Source: Spirochaetota bacterium (GTDB taxonomy: Bacteria > Spirochaetota > UBA4802 > UBA5550). Taken from it: DNA of 64,000 bases. The notes below the pieces were generated by a model. That model did not search any database, had not been told where the DNA came from, and saw nothing but the letters and a program-made list of their open reading frames with translations. Shown one piece after another: positions 48,949 through 59,284 of this stretch; the first letter of the stretch is position 1, and each line of letters begins with the position of its first letter. The stretch spans positions 1 to 64,000 of the forward strand of contig JBNKTL010000016.1 in assembly GCA_050298055.1 (NCBI GenBank), in the 5' to 3' direction. The position numbers and the translations under genes were made by a program.

Positions 48949-49130
48949 ATTGCGAAGGATTATTCTCCGCCCAGGACGCTGGACGAGGACACGCATAAAT
49001 ATCTTTTAACCCCATATCTTTCAAAGCACTTTTTTCTTCTGATATATTACATGATACGGAAACCGGCAAACTACCAGTTTCTGATCGATCAGTTTTTGGT
49101 TAGAAGATTTTTTTAAAAATAATATTTTTA

Positions 49131-49245
49131 TTATCTACTCAACTATTTAATAAAATATCAACAATGTATCTACGCCGACTTCTGCAGCGGAGAGACATCA
49201 GTTATGTTTTAACATGCTAATTTTTATACATAGCTGAGTAGTTAA
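49131..49245. repeat. Palindromic element family A (shortened)
   Basis: CTACTCAACTAT ... AAATATCAACAATG ... ACATCAGTTATGTTTT ... CATAGCTGAGTAGTTAA. Confidence 0.85.
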
Positions 49246-49275
49246 TAATTTTATTTAGAAGGAGAGATTATTTCG

Positions 49276-49845
49276 ATGAAAGGAAAAGCAACAGGCATTG
49301 TATCAATTTTTGTATTAACATTACTGATAGCATGCAAACCTGACGTAAAAAACGAGACAGAAAAGTACAATAATAATCAAATTAGTTTAAAGAAATTTGC
49401 TGCAAAATACCCAGCATTTAATTCCCAGCTTGTCATCGTATCTCAGAGTGCTGCGAAACTTGTTGAAGAATCTAATAAGATCAAGGATGAAGAGCAAAAG
49501 GCAAAAAAAATGGCTGAAGCAAACAGTGTTTTTACTGACAGTGTTGTCTTCAGACAGTTAAATTCCTATGACGGCAGGAAGGAGAGGATTATCGATCTCA
49601 AAGTTAAACTCCAGTCATACAAGAAATTGAAATATCGCAGTACGGTAAAGAATGCTACTGATGCTGCCAACAGAGGATTGAGTGAGTCCGGGCAGATTAT
49701 GAATGAAGCAAAACCTGCAACCAAAGAAGAAGCGGAAGAGATCCTTAAAAAAGCCAATGGAATTTTAATAAGCACTGAAGGAACTCTTGACAGGGCAATG
49801 AAAAAAATTAAAGGAAAAAAGAAAAAGTTTAAAAAGAAAAAGTAA
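49276..49845 (+). CDS. Helical lipoprotein with Lys-rich C-terminus
   Basis: GAAGGAG RBS; lipobox LLIAC; coiled-coil character. Confidence 0.7.
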   Translation: MKGKATGIVSIFVLTLLIACKPDVKNETEKYNNNQISLKKFAAKYPAFNSQLVIVSQSAAKLVEESNKIKDEEQKAKKMAEANSVFTDSVVFRQLNSYDGRKERIIDLKVKLQSYKKLKYRSTVKNATDAANRGLSESGQIMNEAKPATKEEAEEILKKANGILISTEGTLDRAMKKIKGKKKKFKKKK

Positions 49846-49867
49846 TTATTCAAATAATGACCAATAT

Positions 49868-49902
49868 AATAGGCGATGATAAAAATCATCGCCTATTTTT
49901 TT
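49868..49902 (+). terminator. Intrinsic terminator
   Basis: AATAGGCGATGAT-AAAA-ATCATCGCCTATT followed by a T tract. Confidence 0.85.
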
Positions 49903-50181
49903 GTTTGATTTTTTTATTTCATCTCTTTGGAAGGTCTGCCCTCACGATTTTGAATAAATTCATGAAAATGAATATGCACCCTCAACAAAAAGTGTTATTT
50001 TGATAATTTTTATGGACATCTAGTCCAATATACGCTATTATTTTACACACGAGTTTAATTCATCCTTTATTGATTTGTTCACTATTTTTATCATAGTATT
50101 AACTGGTTTGCATAGGGAAATCTCGAGGATCACTACACACACCCATACTATCGATAAAAAAATAAATGAAAGGAGGTTGAT

Positions 50182-51033
50182 ATGCTGTGGAATAGATGCA
50201 GGATATGTCTGATACTTGCCGTGTTTTTGCTTATGCCCTTACAGCCACAAATTGTGACGGCGGACAAGGGAAAGGTTTATTACATCGGCATCATTCCTAC
50301 CTGGCCCCCTGTAGTCACCCATACAAAATGGTCGCCGTTCGCTAAACGGCTTTCCCATGTCACCGGTCTTACCTTCCGGCTAAAAGTATACGAAAAAATG
50401 CGTGATTTTGAGCGGGACATCATTTCACCGGAGGCCCCCGATTTCATCTTCGCAAACGCCCTCCAGATCGTTGTGGCCCATAAGTTGCAGGGCTTTATCC
50501 CGCTGGTCCGGGGCGGTCCTACCGTCAAGGCAATCATCTTTGTGCGCCAGGACTCTCCCTTCAAGGTCATCGACGACCTTGCTGGCAAGCGAATCGCCTT
50601 TGTCGGAGAAAAGAACGTCTGAACCATCTTCCTCAGACACGTGTTGTCTGTGCAAAAAGGGAAATTGGCTTTCGATACGAGCTACAGCGGTTCGACGAAG
50701 AATGCGATCATACAGGTGTTGCTGGGTAAGGCAGACGCTGGAGTGACCGTCGGCCCGGCGCTCGCCAGAGAGACGAAGAATATTCCCGGCAAGCTCCGGA
50801 CTTTGCTTGAGTCGCCAGGACTCCCTTCTCATCCGCTCTGTGCTCACCCTCGTATTCCGGAGACCGTCCGGGCGTCGGTCAGGAAGGGCATATTCACCAT
50901 TGTGAAAACGCCCAAAGGTGAGGAACTCATGCGTCAGGTCAGAATGCCGGATCCGACAATCGCCAATTATAAAAGGGACTATAAATCACTGGAGAGTATT
51001 GATATAAAATTTCTGTCGAATTGGGGTAAATAA
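50182..51033 (+). CDS. PhnD/phosphonate-binding-family periplasmic substrate-binding protein with in-frame TGA (candidate selenoprotein; alternatively a nonsense pseudogene)
   Basis: AAGGAGG RBS; signal peptide; PDFIFAN, IFVRQDSP...DLAGKRIAF, VLLGKADAG, SHPL.AHPR. ORFs 50182-50622 and 50641-51033 share one frame and are separated only by TGA 50620-50622. Confidence 0.75.
50623..50650 (+). promoter_or_regulatory. Candidate bacterial SECIS element
   Basis: 11-nt spacer after TGA, then stem CAGACA/TGTCTG with loop CGTGT. Confidence 0.5.
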
Positions 51034-51063
51034 GATGTCACTGTTGTTATTCCGTTTTTATGG

Positions 51064-51094
51064 ATTCAGGAGATTTTACCCTAAAATCTCTGAA
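51064..51094. terminator. Hairpin between the convergent PhnD-like gene and tRNA-Leu
   Basis: TTCAG-GAGATTTTA-CCC-TAAAATCTC-TGAA. Confidence 0.45.
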
Positions 51095-51133
51095 AGAAGA
51101 AGGAGATACAGCAAGGATCTTTATGAGAAACTC

Positions 51134-51218
51134 TGCCCAGGGCGGGACTTGAACCCGCACGCCCCGAAGAGCAAGGGATTTTAAGTCCCTTGTGTCTACC
51201 AAATTCCACCACCTGGGC
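51134..51218 (-). tRNA. tRNA-Leu(TAA)
   Basis: GCCCAGGTGGTGGAATTTGGTAGACACAAGGGACTTAAAATCCCT..., long variable arm, GTTCAAG T-loop. Confidence 0.96.
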
Positions 51219-51395
51219 TTTTATGCAGAAAACCGATCTATTGATATAAGAGGACTTCAACTGCTCACGTTTCGCGAAAAAAACTATATTTGATGCCCCC
51301 TTGTGGGCACAAATACTGATAAAACCAGTAGTGAGAATATTTGATAACCCGTTAACTACTGGTTTTGAGAGGTGCCCATAAAGACATGTGTTTAT

Positions 51396-51468
51396 AGGCG
51401 TCGAGCGGATTCGAACCGCTGAATAAAGGTTTTGCAGACCTCTCCCTTAGCCACTTGGGTACGACGCC
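51396..51468 (-). tRNA. tRNA-Cys(GCA)
   Basis: GGCGTCGTACCCAAGTGGCTAAGGGAGAGGTCTGCAAAACCT...GGTTCGAATCCGCTCGACGCCT. Confidence 0.96.
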
Positions 51469-51844
51469 GCTATAGGAAAAACCATTAACGTATCATCTTT
51501 ACTGTTGTCAACTTAATTTAGCAGGGGCTGTTTAAAATATATCCGGATAGAGGTTATGAGTAATTTTTTATTTAATAGTATCTTATTTTTTTCTTAAACT
51601 GTGAGTAAATTTTCCCAATTTTATTGACCTTTAAATGTATGTAGTGTAATATTGAAACCTATAAGACTTCAAGCATTGCCCACAGAAAGAATACTATAAC
51701 AACTATTATTAATTATAATTTTTTTTATTGATAGTAATATTTTTATCAATTTTCTATTGACAAATATGAATATATATAATTAAATTTAACTTGCTGTAAG
51801 ATATACTACGTTAAAGTGCAGTTACTGCAAGGTTTATAGGAAAA

Positions 51845-52543
51845 TTGGATACTATTTTAAAAAAAGAAAGCTCTAATATCCCCAACAAAGCTGAAAAACG
51901 CAAAGAGCATATTATGAACTGTGCCGAGAAGGTCTTCGCACAGAAAGGCTACCAGGATGCAACAATATCAGATATTGCCAGGGAAGCAAAGCTATCCGAT
52001 ACAACTATTTACGAGTACTTCTCAACCAAGGAAGAACTTCTTTTTACCATCCCGGAAGCAACAACAGAGAGATTTAAGGAACTTCTCGAGTTCAACCTCA
52101 AGTCAGTCCGGGATGCGGGAAACAAAATCAGATCATTCATCTATTTCTATCTCTGGTTCTATAAAAGTCACCCGGATTATGCATCACTTTATCTCCTGAC
52201 ACTGAAGAGCAGCCGGAAATTCAGGGAAACCAGGGCCTACCAGATAATCAGGGGCGTATTCAGAAACCTGCTTACGATCATAAACCAGGGAATTGAGAGC
52301 GGTGAACTGAGAAAGGAGATCGATCCCTATCTCCTCAGGGCACAGATCCTCGGTACAATTGAACATATAGTGGTCAGGTGGCTGCTGATTGATAACTCCA
52401 AAGACCTGATGGATAATGTGGACCCGGTCTATGAGATGATCATAAATGGGGCAGGAAAGATTAACAGGTCCAGGGGACTTCGTCTCAGGGTAGAAGTTGA
52501 AGATGATGAATCTCCAGAGGGAACTGTTAAACATGATCTTTGA
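51845..52543 (+). CDS. TetR/AcrR family transcriptional regulator (FadR-like by context)
   Basis: F..KGY...TISDIA.EA.LS..TIYEYF.TKEEL HTH; upstream of beta-oxidation genes. Confidence 0.9.
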   Translation: MDTILKKESSNIPNKAEKRKEHIMNCAEKVFAQKGYQDATISDIAREAKLSDTTIYEYFSTKEELLFTIPEATTERFKELLEFNLKSVRDAGNKIRSFIYFYLWFYKSHPDYASLYLLTLKSSRKFRETRAYQIIRGVFRNLLTIINQGIESGELRKEIDPYLLRAQILGTIEHIVVRWLLIDNSKDLMDNVDPVYEMIINGAGKINRSRGLRLRVEVEDDESPEGTVKHDL

Positions 52544-52647
52544 GAATTGAAATACAAGTGGTAATCTTTGATAAGTTCGGATATTATCAGGACTACTGTT
52601 TTTGTGAAAATTATTGTATTAACCGGAATAAATATAAGGAGGCCTAA

Positions 52648-55056
52648 ATGAACAGACGAATTGAAAAAATGGCTGTAATCGGTTCGGGCATAATGGGAGG
52701 CGGAATTGCCGCCCTTTGCGCATCAGCCGGTATCAAGACAATACTTCTTGATATCGTTCCCTTCGACCTGAAGGATGAAGAAAAGGATGATCCTGCAGCA
52801 CGAAACAGAATAGTAAATGCCGGTCTTGAAGGCGTTATCAAATCAAAACCGCCGCTTCTGATGGATAAGTCTCATGATCTTGAGTTCCTCAGTACGGGTA
52901 ATCTTGATGATAACCTTAAGGAACTTGAAGATTGTGACTGGATCGTGGAAGTTGTTGTAGAAAACCTGAAAATCAAACAGGAATTGTTCAAGAAGATAGA
53001 AAAAGTCAGAAAACCGGGATCAATTCTTTCTACAAATACATCGGGACTTCCCCTCCATCTTATTTCTGAAAAGTTCAGCAAAGAGATGAAAGAGCATTTT
53101 ATCGGAACACACTTTTTTAACCCCGTGAGATATATGCACCTTCTTGAGATCATTCCCGGCAAGGAAACAAAAAAGGATATTGTTCAGTTCATGGGACAGT
53201 TTGGCGAGAAGATCCTTGGCAAGGGGATTGTCTGGGCAAAGGATACACCGAACTTTATCGGGAACAGGATCGGTATTCAGTCCATGGTCTACACAATGCA
53301 GGTGATGATGGAGATGAGCATAAGTATACCGGAAGTTGATGCTGTGTTCGGCTCCCCTATGGGAAGACCCAAGACGGCTGCATTCAAGACAGCTGACCTT
53401 GTGGGACTTGATACGTTTTTACATGTTGCTGATAACTGCTATGAACTCTGTCCCGATGATAAAATGAGGGATATGCTCAAGATACCCCAGTTTGTCAAAG
53501 ATATGGTCGAGAAAAAGTTACTGGGCAACAAGACACAGGGCGGTTTCTACAAGAAGGAGATAACACCTGAGTGGAAGACCCTGAGGAAGGTCATGGACTA
53601 TAAGACCATGGAATATATTGATCTCGAAAGACCTAATATACCGGTACTCAACGATGCAAAAAAGAAAGAAACTCTGCCGGAGAAAATGAAGACCATTATT
53701 TACGGTGAAGATAAAATCTCCCAATTTGCCTGGAAAGTTATAGCAGGCTGCCTCCTCTACTCTGCCAGTATGATCCCTGAAATTTCCGATACTGTGGTTG
53801 AAATTGACAACGCGATGAAGTGGGGATACAACTGGGAATTGGGCCCCTTTGAGACCTGGGACGCCCTGGGTCTTAAAGAATCTGTGAAGAAGATGGAGAA
53901 GGAGGGGATGAAAATTCCCGCAAATATAAAGAAGATGCTCGATGATAAGATCAGCAGCTTCTACAAGATCACCAAAGGTGAGAAACAGTATTACGATTTC
54001 AAATCAAAGAGTTACAAGAATATTGAAACAAGTGACAACGCTATCACCCTTGCTAACCTCAAGGCTCATAAGAAGACAGTTTTTTCCAATCCGTCATGTT
54101 CTCTTATTGATATTGGAGACGGAGTTTTCAATATTGAGTTTCACTCTAAGATGAATTCCCTGAACCAGGGAATCGTTGAAATGATAGCGAAATCTTTTGA
54201 TTATGTGACAGATAACGGGATAGGTGTTGTCTACGGCAACCAGGCCCCCGGTATGCCGGGAGCATTTTCCGCAGGAGCAGACCTCAACCTTGTACTGGCT
54301 GCGGCAAAGGAAAAGAAGTGGGACGATGTTGACAGGATGATAGCGGAAGGACAAAAACTGATTCCAACTGCAAAATACAGGCCATTTCCTGTTGTTGCGG
54401 CTCCCTACGGACTTGTCCTTGGAGGTGGCTGCGAAATTTGCCTCGGCTCCGATAGGATTGTTGCACACCACGACCTTTTCATGGGACTTGTTGAGATAGG
54501 CGCAGGTCTTCTTCCCGGCTGGGGCGGAATTAGCGGTCTCTGGAGAAAATTCATTGAGAACAAACCGGGTATAGTGGAAATAAGCGACTATGGCGCATAC
54601 TATGTTCCGGCAATGATGAATATTGCCCAGGCAAAGGTCTCATCCTCTGCTGCAGATGCACGGAGAAACGGGTTCCTGGGCCCCAGGGACAGGATTGTAT
54701 TCAACAAAGATCACCTCATCGGCGAGGCAAAGAAGGAAGTCCTTCGAATGGTAGAAGACGGGTATACGCCTCCTGCCAGGACAAAGATTCCGGTAATGGG
54801 AAGAGATGCCATGGGCATGGTCTATGCCAACATGCTTAATATGAGAGAGGGCGGATACGTGACTCCTCATATGAGTGAAATAGCCCTTAAGATAGCCTAT
54901 GTTATGTCCGGCGGTGATGTCAGCCAGGGAACTCTGATAGATGACGAAGAGATGATGAAAATGGAAAGAGAGACATTCGTTGAACTGATTAAAACAGAGA
55001 ACTCACAGAAAATGGCTGAGCATATAGTTACTACCGGAAAACCTTTGTTTATATAA
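52648..55056 (+). CDS. 3-hydroxyacyl-CoA dehydrogenase / enoyl-CoA hydratase fusion (FadN-like)
   Basis: GSGIMGGGIA, VEVVVENL..K, TNTSG, HFFNPVRYM, FSAGADL, LGGGCE, GLVE.GAGL. Confidence 0.92.
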   Translation: MNRRIEKMAVIGSGIMGGGIAALCASAGIKTILLDIVPFDLKDEEKDDPAARNRIVNAGLEGVIKSKPPLLMDKSHDLEFLSTGNLDDNLKELEDCDWIVEVVVENLKIKQELFKKIEKVRKPGSILSTNTSGLPLHLISEKFSKEMKEHFIGTHFFNPVRYMHLLEIIPGKETKKDIVQFMGQFGEKILGKGIVWAKDTPNFIGNRIGIQSMVYTMQVMMEMSISIPEVDAVFGSPMGRPKTAAFKTADLVGLDTFLHVADNCYELCPDDKMRDMLKIPQFVKDMVEKKLLGNKTQGGFYKKEITPEWKTLRKVMDYKTMEYIDLERPNIPVLNDAKKKETLPEKMKTIIYGEDKISQFAWKVIAGCLLYSASMIPEISDTVVEIDNAMKWGYNWELGPFETWDALGLKESVKKMEKEGMKIPANIKKMLDDKISSFYKITKGEKQYYDFKSKSYKNIETSDNAITLANLKAHKKTVFSNPSCSLIDIGDGVFNIEFHSKMNSLNQGIVEMIAKSFDYVTDNGIGVVYGNQAPGMPGAFSAGADLNLVLAAAKEKKWDDVDRMIAEGQKLIPTAKYRPFPVVAAPYGLVLGGGCEICLGSDRIVAHHDLFMGLVEIGAGLLPGWGGISGLWRKFIENKPGIVEISDYGAYYVPAMMNIAQAKVSSSAADARRNGFLGPRDRIVFNKDHLIGEAKKEVLRMVEDGYTPPARTKIPVMGRDAMGMVYANMLNMREGGYVTPHMSEIALKIAYVMSGGDVSQGTLIDDEEMMKMERETFVELIKTENSQKMAEHIVTTGKPLFI

Positions 55057-55106
55057 AAAGGAAAACGGAAAATGAGAATGAGAATTACAGAACAGGAGGC
55101 AATTAG

Positions 55107-56300
55107 ATGAGAGATGCATATATAGTTTCAGCAGTACGAACACCGGGCTGCAGAAGAAAAAAGGGCGCCCTGGCACAGACCAGGCCCGAAGACCTCATAT
55201 CCTTCATACTTGGTGCTGCTGTTGACAAAGTTGAAGGACTTGAGAAGAAAGATGTGGAAGACATTATGATCGGCTGCGCTTTCCCCGAGGCAGAACAGGG
55301 CCTCAACATTGGAAGGATAGCCCCGCTCATGGCAGGTTTTCCTGACACAGTAACAGGAGCCACCGTGAACAGGTTCTGTTCTTCAGGACTGGAATCAATA
55401 GCCCTCTCTTCACTCAGGGTTATGAGCGGTTGGTCTGAAGTCACCATGGCGGGAGGAGTTGAATCCATGTCTAAAGTTCCCATGGGAGGAAACCTGCCCA
55501 GGCCTCACCCGGGCATGGGAAAGGACAATCCTGATGTCTACATATCCATGGGGGTTACTGCTGAAAATGTCGCGAAGCGCTACAATGTTTCCCGGGAACA
55601 ACAGGATGAGTTTGCCTATAATTCGCAGATGAAGGCGGCAGAAGCCCAGAAGAATGGTCTTTTTACCGAGATTGTACCAACTCCGGCCACCCGGTTTGGG
55701 AAAAACGGCTCTGAAACATTCCTGCAGGATTTTGATGATGGTGTACGTGATTCCACAACTGTAGAAGGGCTTGCAAAACTGAGGCCGGCATTCTCAACTA
55801 CCGGATCAGTAACAGCGGGAAATTCTTCCCAGACCACTGACGGTGCAGCTGCGGTTGTTATTATGAGCGAAGATGCCCTGAAAAAATTTGGCGTTAAACC
55901 CATCGCAAAGTTCAGGTACTATACAACCGCAGGATGCAGGCCGGATGAGATGGGTATTGGACCGGCACTGGCTGTTCCCAAACTCCTTAAGATGGCAGGT
56001 CTCAGTATAGATGACATTGGGCTCTGGGAGATAAATGAAGCTTTTGCATCACAGGCCATATACTCTGCAAATCAGATCGGGATAGGAGACAAGAAACTCT
56101 GGGCTTTTGACAGCCCTGATAAAAAGCTCAACATTAATGGCGGAGCAATCGCCCTGGGACACCCCCTTGGATGTACCGGCGCAAAACTTGCATCCACTCT
56201 CCTTGCTAACATGAAACGACTCGGCGTTAAATACGGTGTCGAATCCATGTGTATTGGCGGAGGAATGGGTGCAGCCGGATTATTTGAGCTGATAGATTAG
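55107..56300 (+). CDS. fadA: Acetyl-CoA C-acyltransferase (thiolase)
   Basis: NRFCSSG, GGVESMS, EINEAFA, GGAIALGHPLG, MCIGGGMG. Confidence 0.93.
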   Translation: MRDAYIVSAVRTPGCRRKKGALAQTRPEDLISFILGAAVDKVEGLEKKDVEDIMIGCAFPEAEQGLNIGRIAPLMAGFPDTVTGATVNRFCSSGLESIALSSLRVMSGWSEVTMAGGVESMSKVPMGGNLPRPHPGMGKDNPDVYISMGVTAENVAKRYNVSREQQDEFAYNSQMKAAEAQKNGLFTEIVPTPATRFGKNGSETFLQDFDDGVRDSTTVEGLAKLRPAFSTTGSVTAGNSSQTTDGAAAVVIMSEDALKKFGVKPIAKFRYYTTAGCRPDEMGIGPALAVPKLLKMAGLSIDDIGLWEINEAFASQAIYSANQIGIGDKKLWAFDSPDKKLNINGGAIALGHPLGCTGAKLASTLLANMKRLGVKYGVESMCIGGGMGAAGLFELID

Positions 56301-56307
56301 CCCGTAT

Positions 56308-56370
56308 TTTCAGGTTTCGGGTTTCGAGTTACTGACATACAACTCGGAACCTGAAATCGGAAACAGGGAA
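56308..56370. repeat. Heptamer-unit inverted repeat after thiolase (possible terminator)
   Basis: TTTCAGG TTTCGGG TTTCGAG TT facing AA CTCGGAA CCTGAAA TCGGAAA. Confidence 0.6.
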
Positions 56371-56476
56371 ATTTTTAAATACTGTTCCCCCCTCCCCTTT
56401 ATCATTCAGCCACATGGATCTTAAAGTGATCTCGAAAAATTGCAGACACATTCGGGATCACTCTTATATTTCCTTA

Positions 56477-56505
56477 TTGACATGGTTCAGGGAAAAAGCT
56501 ACAAT
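56477..56505 (+). promoter_or_regulatory. Putative sigma70 promoter
   Basis: TTGACA-17 nt-TACAAT; favours kinase start at 56536. Confidence 0.6.
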
Positions 56506-56535
56506 ACGCTCAATCAATTTAAAGTATATAGAATT

Positions 56536-58971
56536 ATGGTGAAGATTAAATCTGCTGAAAAAAAGAAGGTATCGAGAATAAGTTCAACAATTGACATTCT
56601 CTCAGAAAAAAAATATTATAAGCTTCTTGTTTCTGTGGCATTCGGTTTAACCGGATTTATTATCAACTTTTTTCCTGTGAACTTTATCATACCCCCCTAC
56701 AAAGCAAGTCTCGTAATGGGTCTTGTCTTTCCCATGCTTATATCAGTCTCATGGGGGTGGAAATACGGTTTTGTTTCTCTCGTACTTGGTCTTGGAGGGC
56801 AGACCATGTGGTTCCACTGGCTCCCTCAGAACGGATGGGCCCCTTTTGTTGCAATCCCTGTATATAATTTATGGGTAATATGGCATGGATGGAGTTCCGG
56901 TCAAAAGAAAAGCAAGCTGCTTTCAAATTTCTACTTTTCTGAAATCCCCTTTAGAATTTTCAATACACTGATCATTTACACTCTCTTTACCTGGTCATTC
57001 AGGTTTAATCCGAGTCCCTGGTCTCCTCACCTGACATTAACCGATCCGCCAACTCAGTTTATTAACTTTATCGCAATCAAACAGCTGGCAGAGGGCATAA
57101 TGATTTTACTGCTCACTGATGTGTTGCTAAACTTCCACTTTGTCCGTAAAGGACTCCTTCTTGAAGAAAAAAGAAGAGGAAAAACCGGGCATATAATCAG
57201 CACATCTATTCTCTTCGGATTTATCTTCTGGTTGATATCCGGCCTTGCCGATTATCTTTTTTCCGAAAGCAAACAGGATTTTTTCATTAACAATCCCAAT
57301 CCCCGTCTGGCTGACACCGTTGTATTGAATGTCCCGCCCTATGAAATATTTACCCGGCTCATGTTTCTCCTTGTCTGCCTTATAGCCGGGTTGATAATTT
57401 CAAGATATGTGATAAAATATAATGAAAGATCTGTTGATCTTGAAAAATCGGAAGAAAAGTACCGCATGCTGATTGAATCAATGACTGATGGAATTACAAT
57501 TGTTGACAGGAACGATGTTCTGATATATGCAAATCCCAGTCTTCTCAGAATGCTCGACTACGGAAGTGATGAGATGTGCGGTCAATCACTTCTTAATTTT
57601 TTCGACCAGAATGATTTATCCATAATGAAAAACAGAAAGGAAATAATTGAGAAAGGAGAAAGTGAAAATTTCGAAATTGAATGGACAAAAAATAATGGCG
57701 AGAAAATCCTTTCGACAATTTCTCCGCAAACACTTTACGATGAAGAAAATAATTATAACGGGTTCTATTTAGTTGTGACTGATATCTCTTTAAGGAAGCA
57801 GGCAGAAATTGAGAAAGCAGAACTTGAAGACCAGCTCATGCACTCACAAAAAATGGAAGCTATTGGCCGTCTTACCGGAGGTATCGCACATGATTTTAAC
57901 AATATACTTTCAACAATTATCGGATACAGCCAGCTTGTATCCAGGGACATACCGGATGACAGTCCATTAAAGGAGAAAATTGAAATGATCCAGTCAGCGG
58001 GAATAAAGGCAGGTGAACTTACCCGTCAGCTGCTTGCATTCAGCCGGAAGCAGGTTCTGGAATTTAAAGTCATAAACCTGAACAATCTCATAAATAACCT
58101 GGTTAAAATGCTTGAAAGACTGATCGGTGAAGATATCAAACTTGACTTTATCAGCAAACCGGGCAGCACCAATATCATGGCTGATTCTAGCCAGATTGAA
58201 CAGATAATACTCAACCTCTCTGTTAATGCCAAGGATGCCATGCCTAAAGGAGGGAAGCTGATAATTGAGACAGACCAGGTCCATCTTGATGAACAGTTTT
58301 GCAGCGAAAGGGAAGGCCTGAGACCCGGCGACTATATTGTATTAAATGTAATAGATACAGGGATTGGAATTCCCGATAAAATATCAGATAAAATATTTAA
58401 TCCGTTTTTCACGACTAAAAAAAAGGGGAAAGGAACAGGTCTCGGACTTGCTACGGTTTATGGGATCGTCAAACAGCATAAGGGCTATATAAGTGTATAC
58501 AGTGAAAAAGACCTTGGGGCATGTTTCAAGATCTATCTCCCTGCTGTTTCAAAAAAACCATTTTCTCCCGAAGAGAGTACAAATGAATCCATGCCCGCGG
58601 GAAATGAAAAACTGATAATTGTTGATGATGAACCTGATGTTATCAGACTGCTTACTGACCTGCTTCAACCCCTGGGATACACCGTAGAATCAGCCCCAAA
58701 CGCGGAAAAAGCACTTGATTTTGTTCGTTCAGCGGGAGTAAAATTTGATATGCTCATTACCGATACAATTATGCCCGGAATGAACGGTCAGGAACTTTCC
58801 AATTGTCTTCTCAAAATACTACCCGAACTTAAATGCATTTATATGTCCGGCTATACAGATGATGTCATAACAGAGAAAGGGATCCTTAAGCCTCACTTAC
58901 ACTTTATCCATAAACCTCTGATTCCCAGTTACGTTGCAAATAAAATACGAAACATTCTCGATAACAAGTAG
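56536..58971 (+). CDS. Membrane-bound hybrid sensor histidine kinase (multi-TM, PAS, HisKA, HATPase, receiver)
   Basis: [58 protein letters not shown]. Confidence 0.93.
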   Translation: MVKIKSAEKKKVSRISSTIDILSEKKYYKLLVSVAFGLTGFIINFFPVNFIIPPYKASLVMGLVFPMLISVSWGWKYGFVSLVLGLGGQTMWFHWLPQNGWAPFVAIPVYNLWVIWHGWSSGQKKSKLLSNFYFSEIPFRIFNTLIIYTLFTWSFRFNPSPWSPHLTLTDPPTQFINFIAIKQLAEGIMILLLTDVLLNFHFVRKGLLLEEKRRGKTGHIISTSILFGFIFWLISGLADYLFSESKQDFFINNPNPRLADTVVLNVPPYEIFTRLMFLLVCLIAGLIISRYVIKYNERSVDLEKSEEKYRMLIESMTDGITIVDRNDVLIYANPSLLRMLDYGSDEMCGQSLLNFFDQNDLSIMKNRKEIIEKGESENFEIEWTKNNGEKILSTISPQTLYDEENNYNGFYLVVTDISLRKQAEIEKAELEDQLMHSQKMEAIGRLTGGIAHDFNNILSTIIGYSQLVSRDIPDDSPLKEKIEMIQSAGIKAGELTRQLLAFSRKQVLEFKVINLNNLINNLVKMLERLIGEDIKLDFISKPGSTNIMADSSQIEQIILNLSVNAKDAMPKGGKLIIETDQVHLDEQFCSEREGLRPGDYIVLNVIDTGIGIPDKISDKIFNPFFTTKKKGKGTGLGLATVYGIVKQHKGYISVYSEKDLGACFKIYLPAVSKKPFSPEESTNESMPAGNEKLIIVDDEPDVIRLLTDLLQPLGYTVESAPNAEKALDFVRSAGVKFDMLITDTIMPGMNGQELSNCLLKILPELKCIYMSGYTDDVITEKGILKPHLHFIHKPLIPSYVANKIRNILDNK

Positions 58972-59103
58972 TGCACAAACATTATTTTTCTGTATCAAAC
59001 CATAAAATGGTTAGACAAATGATATTTATTTTGAATATTGTGTAATTATGCTATTTGGAAAATTGAAATTTTATTATAAAACAGGATTATATAAAGAGTA
59101 TAT

Positions 59104-59242
59104 ATTACTATTCAGCTGAGTATAAGAAAAAACATATTTAACAAAAAAAGATAACCAATATGTCCCCGCCGCCTTCGGTGGCGGGGACATATTGTTGCTA
59201 TTTATGAAATACGCAATTTTATTCAGATAGCTGAGTTGTTAC
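59104..59242. repeat. Palindromic element family A (reverse orientation)
   Basis: Ends TTACTATTCAGCT / AGCTGAGTTGTTAC; core AATATGTCCCCGCCGCC-TTC-GGTGGCGGGGACATATT. Confidence 0.92.
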
Positions 59243-59284
59243 TATATTTTTTATACAAGCATTTCAATCTATGCATGAGAGATT

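Noticed and set aside
48946..49116. Open frame continuing about 55 codons past the TAG stop of mtgA (possible read-through or pyrrolysine)
   Set aside because: The GT51 domain is already complete, the extension has no recognisable motif, and there is no pyl context
50620..50622. Genome-wide TGA reassignment (code 4 or 25)
   Set aside because: Several genes end at TGA at their expected C-termini (e.g. clpP, leuC, lon) and Trp is encoded by TGG
51396..51468. tRNA near the TGA-containing gene as a possible tRNA-Sec or suppressor
   Set aside because: The anticodon reads GCA with a normal Cys cloverleaf; no TCA-anticodon tRNA is in the window
56440..56535. N-terminal extension of the hybrid kinase in the ORF track
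   Set aside because: TTG start without RBS, and the segment contains a near-consensus promoter; ATG 56536 preferred
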